DNA from: Leucoraja ocellata
Lineage: Eukaryota
NCBI GenBank assembly: GCA_036785375.1
Contig: JAWMAR010000481.1
Location: forward strand, 1,240,001-1,304,000
Length of the DNA: 64,000 nt
Direction: 5' to 3'
The notes beneath the pieces were generated by a model. The model was not told the DNA's origin. It did no database searches and was given only the letters and a program-made list of their open reading frames with translations. A program made the translations under genes and the position numbers. The number at the start of each line of letters is the position of its first letter. The stretch's first letter is position 1. Shown in pieces: positions 61,899 to 64,000 of this stretch.

Positions 61899-62899
61899 AA
61901 ATACAGCTCGATAATTATAATATGGTGGTGAGATTTGTACCTGCTGTACCTACCTGCATGCTTACTTTCATGATGCTGAACAAGTTGTCATTTACAAGGC
62001 TAAAGGAAGTTTTGTTTGATGTTTTCACAAAGTTAATGGGAGCTAACAGAATAGATTATCCTGTGAAGATCTATTTACACACCTCCACATTCAGGGACAG
62101 TTTCTTCCCAGCTGTTATCAGGCAACTGAATCATCCCACCACATCCAGGGAGTGGTCCTGAACTACTATCTCCCTCACTGGAGACCCTCGGACTATCTTT
62201 GATTGGACTTTACTGGTTTTACCTTGTACTAAACATTAATCCCTTATCATGTATGTATACACTGTGAATGACTCATTTGTAATCATGTTTTGCCTTTCCG
62301 CTGACTGGTTAGCATGCAACAAAAGCATTTCACTGTACCTTGGTACACGTGACAATAAACTAAACTAACTAGATGAGGAGGAATTATTTTTTAGTTGTAT
62401 ACAGTGCTCCCTGGGTTACAAATGATCTCCCTGATTTATGGAAATCCAACTCTATACAAAGTACTGGGTCTAAAAGTTAGAGGTAGCCATGCTACATGAA
62501 GTGGGTCATGGCGTCTGAAGAAGGGTCTCGACGTGAAACCTCACCAATTCCTTCTCTCCAGAGATACTGCCTGTGCAACTGAGTTACTCCAGCTTTTTGT
62601 GTCTATCAGAGGTTCATGGAAGTTTGGAATTGCCTTCCACAGTTAGCATTTGGTTCCAGGTGTGAAGGTGATTTTATATCTGAGATTGCAGAGTTTGACT
62701 ATACGAGATGATAATGGATGTGGGGGAAAGTCAGCTCAGTGGAGCTGGTGATAGATCTCCACATATCATTGAACGGTGGAACTAACCCAAGCCTCCTGTC
62801 TTCCTGTCCTCCTGTTGTCTTCATTTTATTCACACGTTGTTGATCTTCACAAAACATCGGCGGCAAACTAACTGTCTCACCTTCTCATTTGTCCTGAAG

Positions 62900-63039
62900 C
62901 CGGCACAGAATTGACAGGTGAGGAAGGGAAGGTGGAGCCAGGGGACTTGGATGGAGATGACAATATGCTCACAGTTGCTGCCTTCGCCATCTTGTTCATT
63001 ATCAGTTTCCTCTACAGTACCTTCGTCACTGTTGTCAAG
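62900..63039 (+). CDS. IgW: Ig TM1 exon, copy 3 (intact)
   Basis: Same splice sites; LFIISFLYSTFVTVVK. Confidence 0.85.
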
Positions 63040-63174
63040 GTAACGATGACCAACGACAAAGATACTTTGTGACCCCCCCACACTGTGACCGTCCATTCCT
63101 CACTACACTGTGTTCTCTGACTCTTCAATCCTCACCACACCACGGCCAACAGATGATGCAGTCTGGGACAATAA

Positions 63175-64000
63175 GGGGAGCGGGGTGTCAAATGGGATAG
63201 TCAGGGCCAGAGTTAAAGGGAAAGAGAGTAAAGGGATAGTTAATGACCCAAGAATTAAAGGGAAAGAAAGCTCACAAAGGGATAGGAGAATAATAGGGAT
63301 CGATGTGAAAGGTGAGATGTGTAAGGAATTAAAAGTATTGTATATGAATGTGCGAAGTATAAGAGGTAAAGTAGATGAGTTTGAAGCTCAGTTAGAGGTT
63401 GGTAGATATGACATGGTGGGGATTACTGAGACGTGGCTGCAGGAGGATCAGGCCTGGGAACTTAATATTCAGGGTTATACATTCTATAGAAAGGTCAGGC
63501 AGGTGGGCAGAGGAGGGCGGTAGCTCTGCTGGTGAGGGAGGGAATTCAGTCCCTTGCGAGGGAAGACATAGGGACTGATGAGGTAGAGTCACTGTGGATT
63601 GAGTTGAGGAATTACAAAGGCAAGAAGACCCTAATTGGTGTTATCTACAGACCCCCAAATAGTAGCCCGGATGTAGGGTGTAAGTTGCAGCAGGAGTTAA
63701 AACTGGCATGTAACAAAGGTAATGCCACTGTGGTGATGGGGGATTTCAATATGCAGGTAGACTGGGAAAATCAGCTTGGTTCAGGACCCCAAGAAAGAGA
63801 GTTTGTAGAATGCCTCTGAGATGGATTCTTAGAGCAGCTTCTAATCAAGCCAACCAGAGAAAAGGCAATTCTGGATTTAGTGTTGTCTAATGAACCAGAT
63901 ATGATAAGAGAACGAGAGGTAAAGGAACCGCTTGGAGGTAGTGATCATAATATGATTAGTTTTAATCTGCAATTTGAGAAGGTGAAGGTTAAATCGGAAG
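63175..64000 (+). mobile_element. Old CR1 (paralog of 16750 onward), runs off the window
   Basis: YMNVRSI, ITETWL, YRPPNS, MGDFN. Confidence 0.88.

Larger units (their letters stand above)
15516..64000 (+). repeat. Tandem segmental triplication of the TM1-containing segment: units 15516-46193, 46194-61939 and 61940->64000
   Basis: Unit start cctgctgtacctacctgcatgcttac at 15516, 46194 and 61940; TM1 offsets match exactly (30678 and 15746 bp); colinear shared repeats throughout. Confidence 0.9.

Overview
Eukaryotic, repeat-rich genomic DNA, most likely from a cartilaginous fish (skate/ray-like repeat set: CR1, L1, Tx1, Rex1/Babar, DIRS1, Penelope-derived repeats, V-SINE, Harbinger MITEs). The only host gene is the 3' part of an immunoglobulin heavy-chain locus on the + strand, most similar to IgW (the IgD orthologue; IgNAR is not fully excluded). 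A pair of C1-set constant exons (CH3-like + CH4-like) is tandemly triplicated (5411-14883). All six exons are open, phase-1/phase-1 and have intact splice sites. They are followed directly by a transmembrane exon TM1 (16476-16615) and a cytoplasmic exon TM2 (21521-21532). No CH5/CH6/terminal secretory exon is visible. A ~15.7-kb segment starting just upstream of TM1 is also tandemly triplicated, giving three intact TM1 exons (16476, 47154, 62900). Copy 2 has lost TM2 by deletion, and copy 1 is swollen by nested insertions (CR1 in DIRS in L1 in the tail of a Tx1). Candidate alternative C-termini are noted as inferences: Cys-containing read-through tails, a Cys-rich tailpiece remnant at 1340-1531 and an in-frame alternative TM2 acceptor. 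V, D, J, CH1 and CH2 are not in the window. Two ~293-N gaps limit interpretation. Family assignments come from remembered motifs, not database searches.
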